Origin: Vulcanimicrobiota bacterium | GTDB taxonomy: Bacteria > Vulcanimicrobiota > Vulcanimicrobiia > Vulcanimicrobiales > Vulcanimicrobiaceae | Assembly (NCBI GenBank): GCA_963777315.1 | Contig: CAVZQC010000001.1 | Span: 384,001-448,000 of the forward strand | DNA: 64,000 bases | Direction of reading: 5' to 3' | In this document: piece after piece, positions 19,831 through 29,240 of the stretch | Numbering within the stretch: position 1 is the first letter of the stretch | Layout of the letters: every line of letters begins with the position of its first letter | Made by a program: the position numbers and the translations under genes | Notes under the pieces: model-generated | What the model saw: the letters and a program-made list of their open reading frames with translations, nothing else | Database searches by the model: none | Told to the model about the DNA's origin: nothing

Positions 19831-21321
19831 TCATTCCTTCACCACGCGAATATGCTTGAGCTCGGTGTCGAACTGCCCTTGCATACGAACACCCGCTTTG
19901 AGTTCCAAACTCAAGTAGTCCAGTATCTCCTGATTGATTTCTTCGCCCGGCGCAATGACGGGAATGCCCGGAGGATACGGCGAGATCGTCTCGGCGCAAA
20001 TGCGTCCTTTGCTCTGCTTGAAACGCACGAGTTCCGTATCGGCGAGAAACGCGTCGCGCGGGAGCATGCGCATGGCGGGAATCTTCGGCAGCTTGTAACT
20101 GCCGGTTTTCAAACGGCGCTCTAAAACTCCCGAGGGTGAGAAGATGTCGATCGGGCGGTCCTCGCGGGCGAGAAACGCCATCCCTTCCACCAAGCGATCC
20201 GCCGCGGCTTGCGAGGTGCCGATCGTAAACAGCGCGACCACGTTGAAGAGATCCGCCAGCTCCACTTGCACGTTGTAGCGCCGGCGCAGAATCTCGGAGG
20301 CTTCGTAGCCGGTGTAACCGAGGTCTTTGACGGTGATCGCCACCTTGGTCGGGTCCAGGTCGAAGATTCCCGGTCTGCCCTGCAGTTCTTCGCCGAAACA
20401 GTAGACGCCGTCGATGGAATTGAGCTTGCGGCGCGTATCCTCCGCCAGGGCGATCGTGCCCGACAGCAAGGCCGGGCCTTCGGTCGCCATTTGCTTGCGG
20501 GCAACGTCCAGCGAAGCGAGCATCGGAAGATTGGGAGAGGTTGAAAGAAACATTTTAAGCACTGCTTCCAGCCTGTCTATTCGCACTCGCGGACCGATCT
20601 GGTGCAGCATCGCGGCTTGCGAAAACGCCGAAAGCATTTTGTGCGTCGAGTTGATGCACAAATCGGCGCCCGCCGCAGTGGCCGAGATGGGCAGCGCGGG
20701 GTGAAAATGAAAGTGCGGCCCCCACGCCTCGTCGACGAGCACCAGTTTGCCCGCGTCGTGCACGATGCGCACGATCGATTCGAGATCGGCAGCGACGCCG
20801 TAATAGGTGGGGCTGACGACGTACACCGCTTTGACGTCGGGAAACTCCGCCAGCGTTTGGGCAACCGTTTCCGGCGTGACGCTGTGATCCATATGAAGCG
20901 CTTCGTCGACGACGGGCTGCATATAGATCGGACGCGCGCCGCTCATCACCAAACCGCCAAGCATCGATTTGTGGGAGTTGCGCGGAACCGCGATCGCGTC
21001 GCCCGGGTTCACGGCGGCCATCATCATGCACTGGTTGCCGCTGGTCGAACCGTTTACCAGAAAATAGGAACGATCCGCGCCGTAGGCTTGCGCGGCCAGT
21101 TGCTGCGCCTCCAAGATCGATTCGGTCGGCTGCAGCAGATCGTCGATGCCGGGCATCGGCGTGAGATCGATTGCGCAGATGTTGTCGCCGATGAACTCGC
21201 GAAAAGCGCGATCCATGCCGATGCCCTGCTTGTGGCCGGGCGTATGGAACGGGATCACGCCTGCGTCGACATATTCGAGCAGCGCTTGGAAATACGGCGT
21301 TTTGGTTTGGTCCACGGACAC
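19831..21321 (-). CDS. PLP-dependent Orn/Lys/Arg decarboxylase (fold type I)
   Basis: FHTPGHKQG, LVNGSTSG, RNSHKS, VDEAWG, STHK (PLP lysine) and PYPPGIP motifs. Substrate cannot be assigned from sequence. Confidence 0.92.
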   Translation of the reverse strand: MSVDQTKTPYFQALLEYVDAGVIPFHTPGHKQGIGMDRAFREFIGDNICAIDLTPMPGIDDLLQPTESILEAQQLAAQAYGADRSYFLVNGSTSGNQCMMMAAVNPGDAIAVPRNSHKSMLGGLVMSGARPIYMQPVVDEALHMDHSVTPETVAQTLAEFPDVKAVYVVSPTYYGVAADLESIVRIVHDAGKLVLVDEAWGPHFHFHPALPISATAAGADLCINSTHKMLSAFSQAAMLHQIGPRVRIDRLEAVLKMFLSTSPNLPMLASLDVARKQMATEGPALLSGTIALAEDTRRKLNSIDGVYCFGEELQGRPGIFDLDPTKVAITVKDLGYTGYEASEILRRRYNVQVELADLFNVVALFTIGTSQAAADRLVEGMAFLAREDRPIDIFSPSGVLERRLKTGSYKLPKIPAMRMLPRDAFLADTELVRFKQSKGRICAETISPYPPGIPVIAPGEEINQEILDYLSLELKAGVRMQGQFDTELKHIRVVKE

Positions 21322-21324
21322 ACA

Positions 21325-21436
21325 CTCCGTTTGCGGAGGAAAGCGAAAAGGAGAACCGCGCCTTTAGGCGCGCGAACGACCCTTTGCCGTGTGGCTGTGG
21401 TGCGAGATGAGCCACGCCGCCATGCGCAGGGCGGCG
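21325..21436 (-). promoter_or_regulatory. Structured 5' leader of the decarboxylase: four hairpins, a 19-aa uORF and an SD-sequestering stem
   Basis: Stems at 21415-21436, 21391-21415, 21357-21372 (followed by a pyrimidine-rich tract) and 21325-21338 (pairs the GGAG SD); uORF ATG 21423 to TAA 21364. Confidence 0.45.
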
Positions 21437-21489
21437 CTGAGCGAGGCATGCACTACGCAGCGTCCCGCGAGGGCAGGCGGTTGCGTCGT

Positions 21490-22134
21490 CTACGGCAGCG
21501 GCGCGAACAACCGCGCCGACTGCTCGACCGAAGCTGACTCGTCGGCATCAAACGGCACAATGCCAAGAATGTGAATTTTTCCCTGCAGCGAGCCTGCGAC
21601 GTCGGCCGCGTACTGCGCGGGCGAATCTCCCCAGCGGTCCACCAGTACGCAGCCCGCGACTCCGAGCTGCAGCTGATCGCACAGAGCCAAGGTCAGCAGC
21701 GCGTGGTTCATGCATCCCGGCCGCAGCCCGACTACCAGCACGATGCGCAGCTTCGCCAGCACCGCGACCGTCGAGAAATTCTGATTGCGATTGAGGGGGA
21801 CCGCCAATCCTGCGTCGCCTTCGGCCACCACGGCCCCCGGAATGGCGGCGATGACGTCGTTGAGATCCTCGGCGTGAATCGTGGGCGTTCCGTCGGCCAG
21901 GGCCGCCGACCATGGGTCGGAGTCCTTGCAGAAACGGGCAAGTTCGACGTGGCGGCTGCACGCGAGCTTGCCCGCGCGCGCGGCGTCTCCGGGCACGCCC
22001 AGTTCCATTCCGGTTTGAACGAGCTTGACCACCGTCGGATCTTCGCCTGCGGTGCGCAGGGCCGTCGCGAGCGCAGCTGCCACGCGCGTTTTTCCGACGT
22101 CCGAGTCGGTTCCGGTAACGAGATAGCGGTGCAT
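21490..22134 (-). CDS. bioD: Dethiobiotin synthase-like protein
   Basis: VTGTDSDVGKT P-loop, KLVQTG, EGDAG (canonical EGAGG) and GCMNHALLT. Confidence 0.8.
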   Translation of the reverse strand: MHRYLVTGTDSDVGKTRVAAALATALRTAGEDPTVVKLVQTGMELGVPGDAARAGKLACSRHVELARFCKDSDPWSAALADGTPTIHAEDLNDVIAAIPGAVVAEGDAGLAVPLNRNQNFSTVAVLAKLRIVLVVGLRPGCMNHALLTLALCDQLQLGVAGCVLVDRWGDSPAQYAADVAGSLQGKIHILGIVPFDADESASVEQSARLFAPLP

Positions 22135-22142
22135 GCCCGCCG

Positions 22143-22673
22143 TTACGCTTCGACGCGCTCCTCGATCGAAACGTTGTACAGAAAGAGAAATTTATGCCAC
22201 TCGTCGGGCAGCGTGTTGCGTTTGATCTGAATCCAAGGGATGTACTTGGGATGGCGCGGCTTGCGGCGTAATTTCATGTTGCAGTCGGCCGGCGCGCGAT
22301 TATTTTTCCGATTATTGCAGCGCATGCACGCGCATACCAGGTTTTCCCACGTCGACGGACCGCCTTTGCTTTTGGGCACGATGTGATCGACGGTCATGAA
22401 GCGGTCGCCGCGCACTCCGCAATACTGGCAGGTGTGGTCGTCGCGAATCAAGATGTTCTTTTTCGTCAGCGCGACTTTTTGCATGGGGCGCCTGATGTAG
22501 TAGAGCATGCGGATAATCGACGGCATGCGCATCTCGAAGCTCGTCGAAGAAATGATCCGCTCGCGGCCGTGCACCAGTTCGGCCTTTCCCGCGAAGATCA
22601 ATTTGACGGCGCGCTGGAAATTCGTGATGTTGAGCGCTTCGTAGGTGAAATTGAGCACCAGAACGTCGCTCAT
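22143..22673 (-). CDS. HNH endonuclease (McrA-like)
   Basis: VLVLN N-terminus, RDDHTCQYCG and TVDHIVPKSKGG..WENLVCACMRCNNRK. Confidence 0.92.
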   Translation of the reverse strand: MSDVLVLNFTYEALNITNFQRAVKLIFAGKAELVHGRERIISSTSFEMRMPSIIRMLYYIRRPMQKVALTKKNILIRDDHTCQYCGVRGDRFMTVDHIVPKSKGGPSTWENLVCACMRCNNRKNNRAPADCNMKLRRKPRHPKYIPWIQIKRNTLPDEWHKFLFLYNVSIEERVEA

Positions 22674-22679
22674 GGGAAT

Positions 22680-22970
22680 CTACAGACTCCGCCGGCGCAC
22701 GAACGCCATCCGGGTTTCCGTCAGCAGCTGCGTGATTGCCAGCCGATCCTGCGGGCCGAGCCGTTCTTTGACGCGTTCGAAAGCTGCGCCCGCGACGTCG
22801 ATGGCCATTCCCGCTGCATCCACGTCGGGCTGTTTACCTTCCTCGACGACCAAGTAGGCATGAGCGGCGAGCGAAAGGCGAGCGATGAGATCGGTCAGCA
22901 GCATCTCGACCGGCGGCATCTGCTCGATTTCGGCCGGTTGCGGATCGTGCGAGGGAGCCTGCGAGCTCAT
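22680..22970 (-). CDS. Small hypothetical protein (DUF1844-like helical bundle)
   Basis: 96-aa ORF filling the gap between pdxT and the HNH gene; AHAYL..AGMAID..LLTETRMAFV pattern. Confidence 0.6.
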   Translation of the reverse strand: MSSQAPSHDPQPAEIEQMPPVEMLLTDLIARLSLAAHAYLVVEEGKQPDVDAAGMAIDVAGAAFERVKERLGPQDRLAITQLLTETRMAFVRRRSL

Positions 22971-22981
22971 ACTTGGTGGAA

Positions 22982-23626
22982 TTATGCGACGCTGCGCGCC
23001 TTCCCTACGCAATTCGAGCGCGCCGCGCGAACCATCTTCAGGAAATACTCGTGCACGCGCGGATCGGCCGTGAGTTCGGGGTGGAAAGAAGTAGCCAGAA
23101 CGTTGCGCTCGCGCACCATGACGCCGCGGCCCTCGCGCTCGGCGAGCACTTCCACGCCGCTGCCTGCGCGCTCTATCCACGGAGCCCGGATGAAGACTGC
23201 CGGAAACGGCTTGCTTCCCAGCGCCTCGATCGGCAAGTCGACTTCCGCGGAATGATTTTGACGTCCGAATGCATTGCGACGCACGGAAATGTCGATGAAG
23301 TCGAGCGTGGGCTGCGCCAGCTCTACGACCTCGCGCGCAATGACGATCATGCCCATGCACGTTCCCCATACCGGCATTCCTGCGCGAACGCGCTGCGCGA
23401 TCGGCTCGCCGAGCCCGAAACGGTCGAGCAGCTTCATCACAGTCGTCGACTCGCCGCCCGGAACGATCAGGCCATCGACGCGATCCAGCTGCGCCGCGCT
23501 CTTGAGCGGCACGCAGCGCGCTCCGGCTGCCTGCATAGCGGCAACGTGTTCGACCACGTCGCCCTGAAGCGCCAAAACGCCGACCGTCGGGCCGTCGTCG
23601 TGCTGGGAATGCTGGGCCGAACTCAC
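22982..23626 (-). CDS. pdxT: PLP synthase glutaminase subunit
   Basis: GVLALQG, PGGEST, GTCMG, RNAFGRQ, FIRAP and FHPE motifs. Confidence 0.96.
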   Translation of the reverse strand: MSSAQHSQHDDGPTVGVLALQGDVVEHVAAMQAAGARCVPLKSAAQLDRVDGLIVPGGESTTVMKLLDRFGLGEPIAQRVRAGMPVWGTCMGMIVIAREVVELAQPTLDFIDISVRRNAFGRQNHSAEVDLPIEALGSKPFPAVFIRAPWIERAGSGVEVLAEREGRGVMVRERNVLATSFHPELTADPRVHEYFLKMVRAARSNCVGKARSVA

Positions 23627-23635
23627 GATTGCGTT

Positions 23636-24532
23636 TTAATTGCCCCGCGATGCGAGCAAATCGGAATCCGGCAGCTTGCGCAGGTCGATGCCTTCCATTG
23701 CTTGCGACTCCTTGCCCAGCGATTTGCTGGCCGCCACGACGACGGCCGGATCGCCGTAATGCGTAGTGGCGTCGACGATGGCTTTTGCGAACGCCTTAGG
23801 AGCGTTCGACTTAAAGATGCCGCTGCCCACGAAGATGCCTTCCGCGCCCAGCTGCATCATCAGCGCGGCATCGGCCGGCGTAGAAACGCCCCCGGCGCAG
23901 AACAGGACCACGGGAAGCTTGGCGTTGCGCGCGACTTCTTCGACCAACTCCAGGGGCGCGCCCAAATCGCGGGCGCGCGCAACCAGCTCTTGCGCCGGAA
24001 CGACCGACAGTTCTTTGATCGCGTCGTTAATCGCGCGCATGTGGCGAACCGCCTCGACGATGTTGCCGCTTCCGGCTTCGCCCTTGCTGCGAATCATCGC
24101 CGCGCCCTCGGCAATGCGCCGCAGCGCTTCGCCCAGATCGCGCGCGCCGCACACGAACGGCGTGGTGAAGCCCTGTTTGTCGACGTGATACTTGTCGTCG
24201 GCGGGGGTAAGCACTTCGGACTCGTCGATGAAATCGATGCCGAGCTCTTGGAGCGCTTGCGCTTCGGCAAAGTGACCGATGCGTACTTTGGCCATGACCG
24301 GAACGGTGACGGCGTCCATGATCGACTGTACCAGCTCCAGGTTGCTCATGCGCGCCACGCCGCCGCCGGCGCGAATGTCGGCCGGAATGCGCTCGAGCGC
24401 CATGACGGCGACCGCACCCGCTTCCTGCGCGATTACTGCCTGCTCGGGCGTCACGACGTCCATGATGACGCCGCCCTTGAGCATTTGGGCTAGGCCGCGT
24501 TTGACGGTAACGGTTCCGGTAGTTTGGGTCAT
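23636..24532 (-). CDS. pdxS: PLP synthase lyase subunit
   Basis: [24 protein letters not shown] and [12 protein letters not shown] motifs. Confidence 0.97.
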   Translation of the reverse strand: MTQTTGTVTVKRGLAQMLKGGVIMDVVTPEQAVIAQEAGAVAVMALERIPADIRAGGGVARMSNLELVQSIMDAVTVPVMAKVRIGHFAEAQALQELGIDFIDESEVLTPADDKYHVDKQGFTTPFVCGARDLGEALRRIAEGAAMIRSKGEAGSGNIVEAVRHMRAINDAIKELSVVPAQELVARARDLGAPLELVEEVARNAKLPVVLFCAGGVSTPADAALMMQLGAEGIFVGSGIFKSNAPKAFAKAIVDATTHYGDPAVVVAASKSLGKESQAMEGIDLRKLPDSDLLASRGN

Positions 24533-24591
24533 GCTCGGCGGTTTCTCCTAAAAGTTGCAGTCTTGCATAAGTGACAATCCGGACGGCAGGT

Positions 24592-25065
24592 CTACGGTTG
24601 CGGTGTTCCCCCCGCCGCAGGCGACATGGACGGGCCCGGCACCGGCGTGCCGCTCGCGACGGGCGTGGGCGTCGGCAGCGGAGCTGCGCGCCGCCAGATC
24701 GGCAGATTGAGATTCGGTGTGGGGGTCGCCGTGGGCTGCGGGCGCCGCGGCGCGGGCGTCGCGGTGTATTTGGGCGCGGGCGGAGCCGTGGGCAACGGTA
24801 CCGGCGGCACGCGAGGATCGGGAAACGCGGGGTCGGTGGCGGCGCTCATCACGTCGGTACGCTTCCAGTCCGGCCCATAGGGCGCCGCGCTTTTCTGCAC
24901 GGGGGCCGGCGTCACCGTTATCGGCGCGATGCTGTCCAGACGCTTTTCCGTAACCTGTCCGATGACCGTGTCGCCCGCGCGTTCGCCCAGCGCTATTGCG
25001 GCAATGAGCACGGCAATGCCCAGCATGAGCACGATGGTCAAAAAGCGTTTGGACGGGTCGGGCAC
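24592..25065 (-). CDS. Membrane-anchored proline-rich hypothetical protein
   Basis: One N-terminal TM segment, then PT/PA-rich low-complexity sequence. Confidence 0.65.
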   Translation of the reverse strand: MPDPSKRFLTIVLMLGIAVLIAAIALGERAGDTVIGQVTEKRLDSIAPITVTPAPVQKSAAPYGPDWKRTDVMSAATDPAFPDPRVPPVPLPTAPPAPKYTATPAPRRPQPTATPTPNLNLPIWRRAAPLPTPTPVASGTPVPGPSMSPAAGGTPQP

Positions 25066-25083
25066 GGGACGTTACCAGTACGC

Positions 25084-27528
25084 TTAGGCGCGCGCGAGCG
25101 CCTGCGGAACGACGTCGCGCGCCGCGGCTCGTGCGGGACGCTCGGCGGGCTTGCCGACCATCGCCAGTTCGTGCAGCTCGCCCGGCGCGAGCGTCATCTT
25201 TTCGGAAAGCCCGCGAAACTCGACCGATACGCTGCGCGCGTGATCGTTTGGATTGCACAAAAAGACTCGCACGGCGCGCTGTTCGTCCTCGAACGCCACC
25301 GCGCCGACTTCAACCGGCGAGGTCGTCACTTCATCGCTGACGTCGCGCCCGGCGTACATGCACGCGAAGGGTTCTTCTGCCGACAGCTCGCTCATGTTGC
25401 CGTAGATGACGCTGCGTTCGAAATCAATGACGTACGTGCACGATTTACCGCCCCAGTGCACGCGCGCGGCTGCGACCCATTTCCACCCGCGCGGACGCAG
25501 CGGCACGAGGTGCGGACGACCGCTGGTGCGGTAGCCGTCCAGACCGCCGATCGTTTCGGCGACGGCCCATAAATATTTCGCGCTCGTCCACGGCGAGAGA
25601 TACATCCCGCGGTTGGTCAGCGAACCGCCGTCGAACCACTCGGCGAATTCACCCGGCACCGTATTGCGCTCCGAACCGGCCTCCATCGTGGCGTAGATCG
25701 TTTCCATCCAGTGCACGGCCTGATCGGTAAAGCCGTTTCTGGCCAGGCACAGTACGAACCACAGCGTCAAATCCGGCCATACGCCGCCGAGCAGTCCGAA
25801 GCCGTGCGACGGGAAGTACCACGAGTCGGCCGTCGATATCGTGCGCAGACCTACGGGCGTAATGAAGTCCGCTTCGGACAGCCGCTCCAAGATGCGACGC
25901 CGCTGCTCGCCGTCGGCGACGTCGAACAGCACCGGGAACACTTCGTCTGCGGTGAAGTTGTCCTGATAGTTCTGCTCCTGATCGTAGTTGAGCACGAAGG
26001 CGCCCGTGTCGTCGTTGAACATGTACTGCATCATCGCTTGGCGCAGCGACTGCGCTTCGTTCGAATATTTTTGCCACCGCTCGTGATCGCCCACGACGGC
26101 CGACAGCATCGCGGCCGCTTCCAGCGCAAAGACGCCCTCGGCATTGATCTCCGTAACTGCGCCGTCGAGCGTGTAATACGGGATGATATTGCGCCACGAG
26201 CTGATCCCGAACATGTCCACGCCGCTCGCGCGGCAGAACAGCAGGCCGTTCTTGTCGCGCTGCTCGAGCATGTAGTCGGCGATTTTGCACATGAGGGCAA
26301 ACCTCGCCCCGACCCATTGGTCGTCGAGCGTTGCATTGTAGTGATGGAGCATCGCAATGATGTGCAGCGGCGTATCGTCGTTGATGTTCAAATCGTACGA
26401 GGTTTTGAATCCGCTCACGCCGCGGACGTATTCGATCATTTCGCCGTTTTCCTGAACGAAGGTGTTGAACACTTCGATGGCATCGCGGCTGAAGTCGGGC
26501 AGAAAATAGTCGAATCCATGCACGAACCAGGACGTGTCGCGGGAAACCAAAATGTCCGACGGCGGCGAGTTGGTGGATCCCCATCCGTTGGGATACTCCT
26601 TGATCACGCGCAGCATATTGGCCTTGGCCCAGACGACGCCGCGGCTGATCGCAGGCACCGGGCACATGAAACGCGCGTCGCGCAGCTTGGACGCGTAATA
26701 GCGCTGCGTGTCGTGCAGAGCTTTGCGGTCGTGCAGCAGCCGGTCGAGCACCGGACGGGACTTGTCGCGACCGTCCTTGTGAAACACGACGGCCAGGCGC
26801 AGCGACTCACGCGCGCCGGGCGCGACGGTCATGGCGTATTCGAAGGCCCCGAAGATGCGTCCGCTCACGCATTCGGCCAGCTGCGGGGTTACTTCTTCCA
26901 AATGATCCTTTTCGAACAGCGATCCGGCGCGCATGTGATGCAGCACCACCTGCTCGCGCAACCCTACGATGGAAGCCGACGGAACGCGCGATCCGCCCCA
27001 CCAGCGCTCCGCGCCGGTTTGCTGGTTTTTCGAGCAGATCGCGTCGCCTTCAACGAACGCGCGCACTTGGTGCTCGGGCTCGCCGTAAAAGCGCTGGCCG
27101 ACCAGCAAAGCCCAAGGAAAAACCACCACGTCGAGCGGCGTGCCGCCGGGGTTGAACAACGTGACGTCGACCACGAAGCTCACCGTGCGGTCGTATTGCG
27201 GCCCGTGGGGAACGTAAAACGCCTCGGTGACGTGCAAACGGTCGAGCACGGTGAACTCGGAGATCTGCGCGTAGGGCAAAAAAGTGAACTCGCGCGTTAT
27301 CTGATGCGGAAAAACCGTCTGCCCGAGATCGGCAAGCCGGTAAGCGATCTGATGCGTGCCGAAGATGATTTGATCGGTATCCGCGTCCCACAATCCGCGG
27401 ATGCCGCCCTTGGCGGTCGATTGCGCGAACGATTTGAAGTTGCCCAGCAGCAACCCGTACGGCGTTTGACCTTCGGGCGTGACGTAAGCGCAATACTCGT
27501 TGTGCTGCGCGTCATAGCTGGGTCGCAT
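25084..27528 (-). CDS. Large cytoplasmic six-hairpin glycosidase-like protein (GH63/amylo-alpha-1,6-glucosidase-like; family unresolved)
   Basis: 814 aa, no signal peptide; SRDTSW, NDDTPL, TEINA, GLRT, GGVWP, EWFDG and PWTSA segments typical of (alpha/alpha)6 glycosidases. Confidence 0.7.
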   Translation of the reverse strand: MRPSYDAQHNEYCAYVTPEGQTPYGLLLGNFKSFAQSTAKGGIRGLWDADTDQIIFGTHQIAYRLADLGQTVFPHQITREFTFLPYAQISEFTVLDRLHVTEAFYVPHGPQYDRTVSFVVDVTLFNPGGTPLDVVVFPWALLVGQRFYGEPEHQVRAFVEGDAICSKNQQTGAERWWGGSRVPSASIVGLREQVVLHHMRAGSLFEKDHLEEVTPQLAECVSGRIFGAFEYAMTVAPGARESLRLAVVFHKDGRDKSRPVLDRLLHDRKALHDTQRYYASKLRDARFMCPVPAISRGVVWAKANMLRVIKEYPNGWGSTNSPPSDILVSRDTSWFVHGFDYFLPDFSRDAIEVFNTFVQENGEMIEYVRGVSGFKTSYDLNINDDTPLHIIAMLHHYNATLDDQWVGARFALMCKIADYMLEQRDKNGLLFCRASGVDMFGISSWRNIIPYYTLDGAVTEINAEGVFALEAAAMLSAVVGDHERWQKYSNEAQSLRQAMMQYMFNDDTGAFVLNYDQEQNYQDNFTADEVFPVLFDVADGEQRRRILERLSEADFITPVGLRTISTADSWYFPSHGFGLLGGVWPDLTLWFVLCLARNGFTDQAVHWMETIYATMEAGSERNTVPGEFAEWFDGGSLTNRGMYLSPWTSAKYLWAVAETIGGLDGYRTSGRPHLVPLRPRGWKWVAAARVHWGGKSCTYVIDFERSVIYGNMSELSAEEPFACMYAGRDVSDEVTTSPVEVGAVAFEDEQRAVRVFLCNPNDHARSVSVEFRGLSEKMTLAPGELHELAMVGKPAERPARAAARDVVPQALARA

Positions 27529-27555
27529 GATTTCGGACTACGACGGGTCGGAGGG

Positions 27556-28467
27556 ATGTCCCGCCCGGCGGCGCAAGCTTCGCCGGCTATGAAAGCAGGC
27601 GAAACGCTGCGTGCGCCGGCGAAGCTGAATCTAAGCCTGGAGGTTCTGGCGCGGCGCCCGGACGGATTGCACGGCGTGCGCAGCGTCATGGTTCCGGTCG
27701 ATCTTTTCGACGAACTGCTCGTGAGCAGCGCAGACCGTTTTCAATTCTCCTGCGACGTGCCGGATCTGCAAGCGGACAATGTGATCGAGCGAGCTCTGCA
27801 GGCGATGGGCTTGCGCGAAGCGCCCGTCCGCATCGAGCTGCGCAAACGCATTCCGGTGGGCGGCGGAATGGGCGGCGGCTCGAGCGACGCCGCCGCGGTA
27901 CTGCTGGCCGCGCAGAACGGCGCCTTCGGTCCGGTCGATGCGCCGGACTGGCTCGCGCTCGCGCGCTCGTTGGGTTCCGACGTGCCGTTTTTCTTGGTGC
28001 AAACCGCGGCTCTGGTCGAAGGAACCGGCGATCGAGTCACCGCTTTGGGAACCGTGCCTCCTTGGCATGCGGTCGTGATCCGTCCCCCGGCGTCGATCTC
28101 GACGGCATGGGCGTACGGTCGAATGGACGCGCGCGAGCGCCGTTCGCGGCCGCGAAGTTCAGGGGTGAGCCTGCAAATGGCGCAGGCTCTTCAGCGGCGC
28201 GAATTCGACCGCGTCGTTTCGCTGCTGTCCAACGACTTTGCCGACGTCGCATTGCAATCGGCTCCCCTCGTCGCGCAAGCACTGGACATGCTGCGTGCTG
28301 CCGGTTGCGAGCGCCCGGTGCTGACGGGTTCGGGATCCTGCGTGTTCGGACTGGCGCAAACGCTCGCCCAGCGTGAAGAGGTCGCCGCGCGCGTTCAATT
28401 GCCGCCCGGATTTCAGCTCTACCGATGCTCGTTTTGGAACGGACAAGCGTGGCGCAGCGCGGCGTAA
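27556..28467 (+). CDS. ispE: 4-diphosphocytidyl-2-C-methyl-D-erythritol kinase
   Basis: APAKLNLSL, KRIPVGGGMGGGSSDAA, LGSDVPF and LTGSGS motifs. Confidence 0.95.
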   Translation: MSRPAAQASPAMKAGETLRAPAKLNLSLEVLARRPDGLHGVRSVMVPVDLFDELLVSSADRFQFSCDVPDLQADNVIERALQAMGLREAPVRIELRKRIPVGGGMGGGSSDAAAVLLAAQNGAFGPVDAPDWLALARSLGSDVPFFLVQTAALVEGTGDRVTALGTVPPWHAVVIRPPASISTAWAYGRMDARERRSRPRSSGVSLQMAQALQRREFDRVVSLLSNDFADVALQSAPLVAQALDMLRAAGCERPVLTGSGSCVFGLAQTLAQREEVAARVQLPPGFQLYRCSFWNGQAWRSAA

Positions 28468-29225
28468 TCGGCGTCACTGCGCTGGTTTTAGCCGGAGGGC
28501 CGCCCGATGCGCTGTCGGCGCTCGCGCCCGGAGCGCCGAATAAAGCGTTCGTTCCCATCGATGGAACGACGCTGGTCGAACGCACGCTCTCCGCGCTGCG
28601 CGCGACCTCTTCTATATCGCGCATAATCGTGGTAACTCCGCCGAGCGCGCATTCGCATCCGGCGCTGGCGTTAGCGGACGAACGTCGCAGCGACGGCGTG
28701 CGCATTGCAGACAGTCTGCGCAGCGGCTTGGCAGGGCTTGCGCCCGACGAGGCCGTGCTGGTGAGCGCTTCCGACCTGCCCGTTCTGACCGCCGCCTCGA
28801 TCGACGACTACGTTACGCGCGCGTTCGAATCGGATGCCGACCTGACGTACGGATGCGTGGAGAAACGCACGCACGCGGCAAAGTTTGCGGACGTGCCGCA
28901 CACGTGGGTGCCTCTGCGCGGCGGGACGTACTGCGGCACCGGACTTGTGACGATGCGTCCGCGCGTTTGGCCGTCGCTCGAACGTTTCATCGAACGTCTC
29001 GGAAGCGCGCGCAAAAATCCGCTGCAGCTCGCGCGCTTGTTCGGCTGGGCCATTCTGCTGCGCTTTGCAACGCGGCGTTTGTCGATCGCCGATGCCGAAC
29101 GGCGGGCATCGCGCGTCATCGGCGCGCGCGTGCGGGCGGTCATTTCACCGTATCCCGAGATCGCCGTCAACGTCGACCGGGTAAGCGACATCGCGCTGGC
29201 GGAACGGCTGGTTCGTTCGCGCTAG
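28449..29225 (+). CDS. Nucleotidyltransferase family protein (MobA-like NTP transferase)
   Basis: LVLAGG..NKAFV, SASDLP and VNVD motifs; overlaps the end of ispE. Confidence 0.8.
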   Translation: MAQRGVIGVTALVLAGGPPDALSALAPGAPNKAFVPIDGTTLVERTLSALRATSSISRIIVVTPPSAHSHPALALADERRSDGVRIADSLRSGLAGLAPDEAVLVSASDLPVLTAASIDDYVTRAFESDADLTYGCVEKRTHAAKFADVPHTWVPLRGGTYCGTGLVTMRPRVWPSLERFIERLGSARKNPLQLARLFGWAILLRFATRRLSIADAERRASRVIGARVRAVISPYPEIAVNVDRVSDIALAERLVRSR

Positions 29226-29240
29226 GTTCTCTAGCGCGAA

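Noticed and set aside
22143..22673. HNH nuclease as a mobile element or defence island marker
   Set aside because: It is a common stand-alone McrA-like family member embedded in a housekeeping run, with no flanking repeats or methylase.
24533..24591. PdxR site linking the MocR regulator to pdxST
   Set aside because: The TTGGAT motif seen at the regulator gene is not repeated here; there is only a weak TGCAA repeat.
24592..24820. Repeat-like sequence in the proline-rich gene
   Set aside because: It is a low-complexity PT/PA coding linker, not a DNA repeat element.
25711..28467. 918-aa ORF suggesting a large IspE fusion
   Set aside because: The first 600 or so residues are the antisense shadow of the glycosidase gene; IspE motifs begin near 27556.
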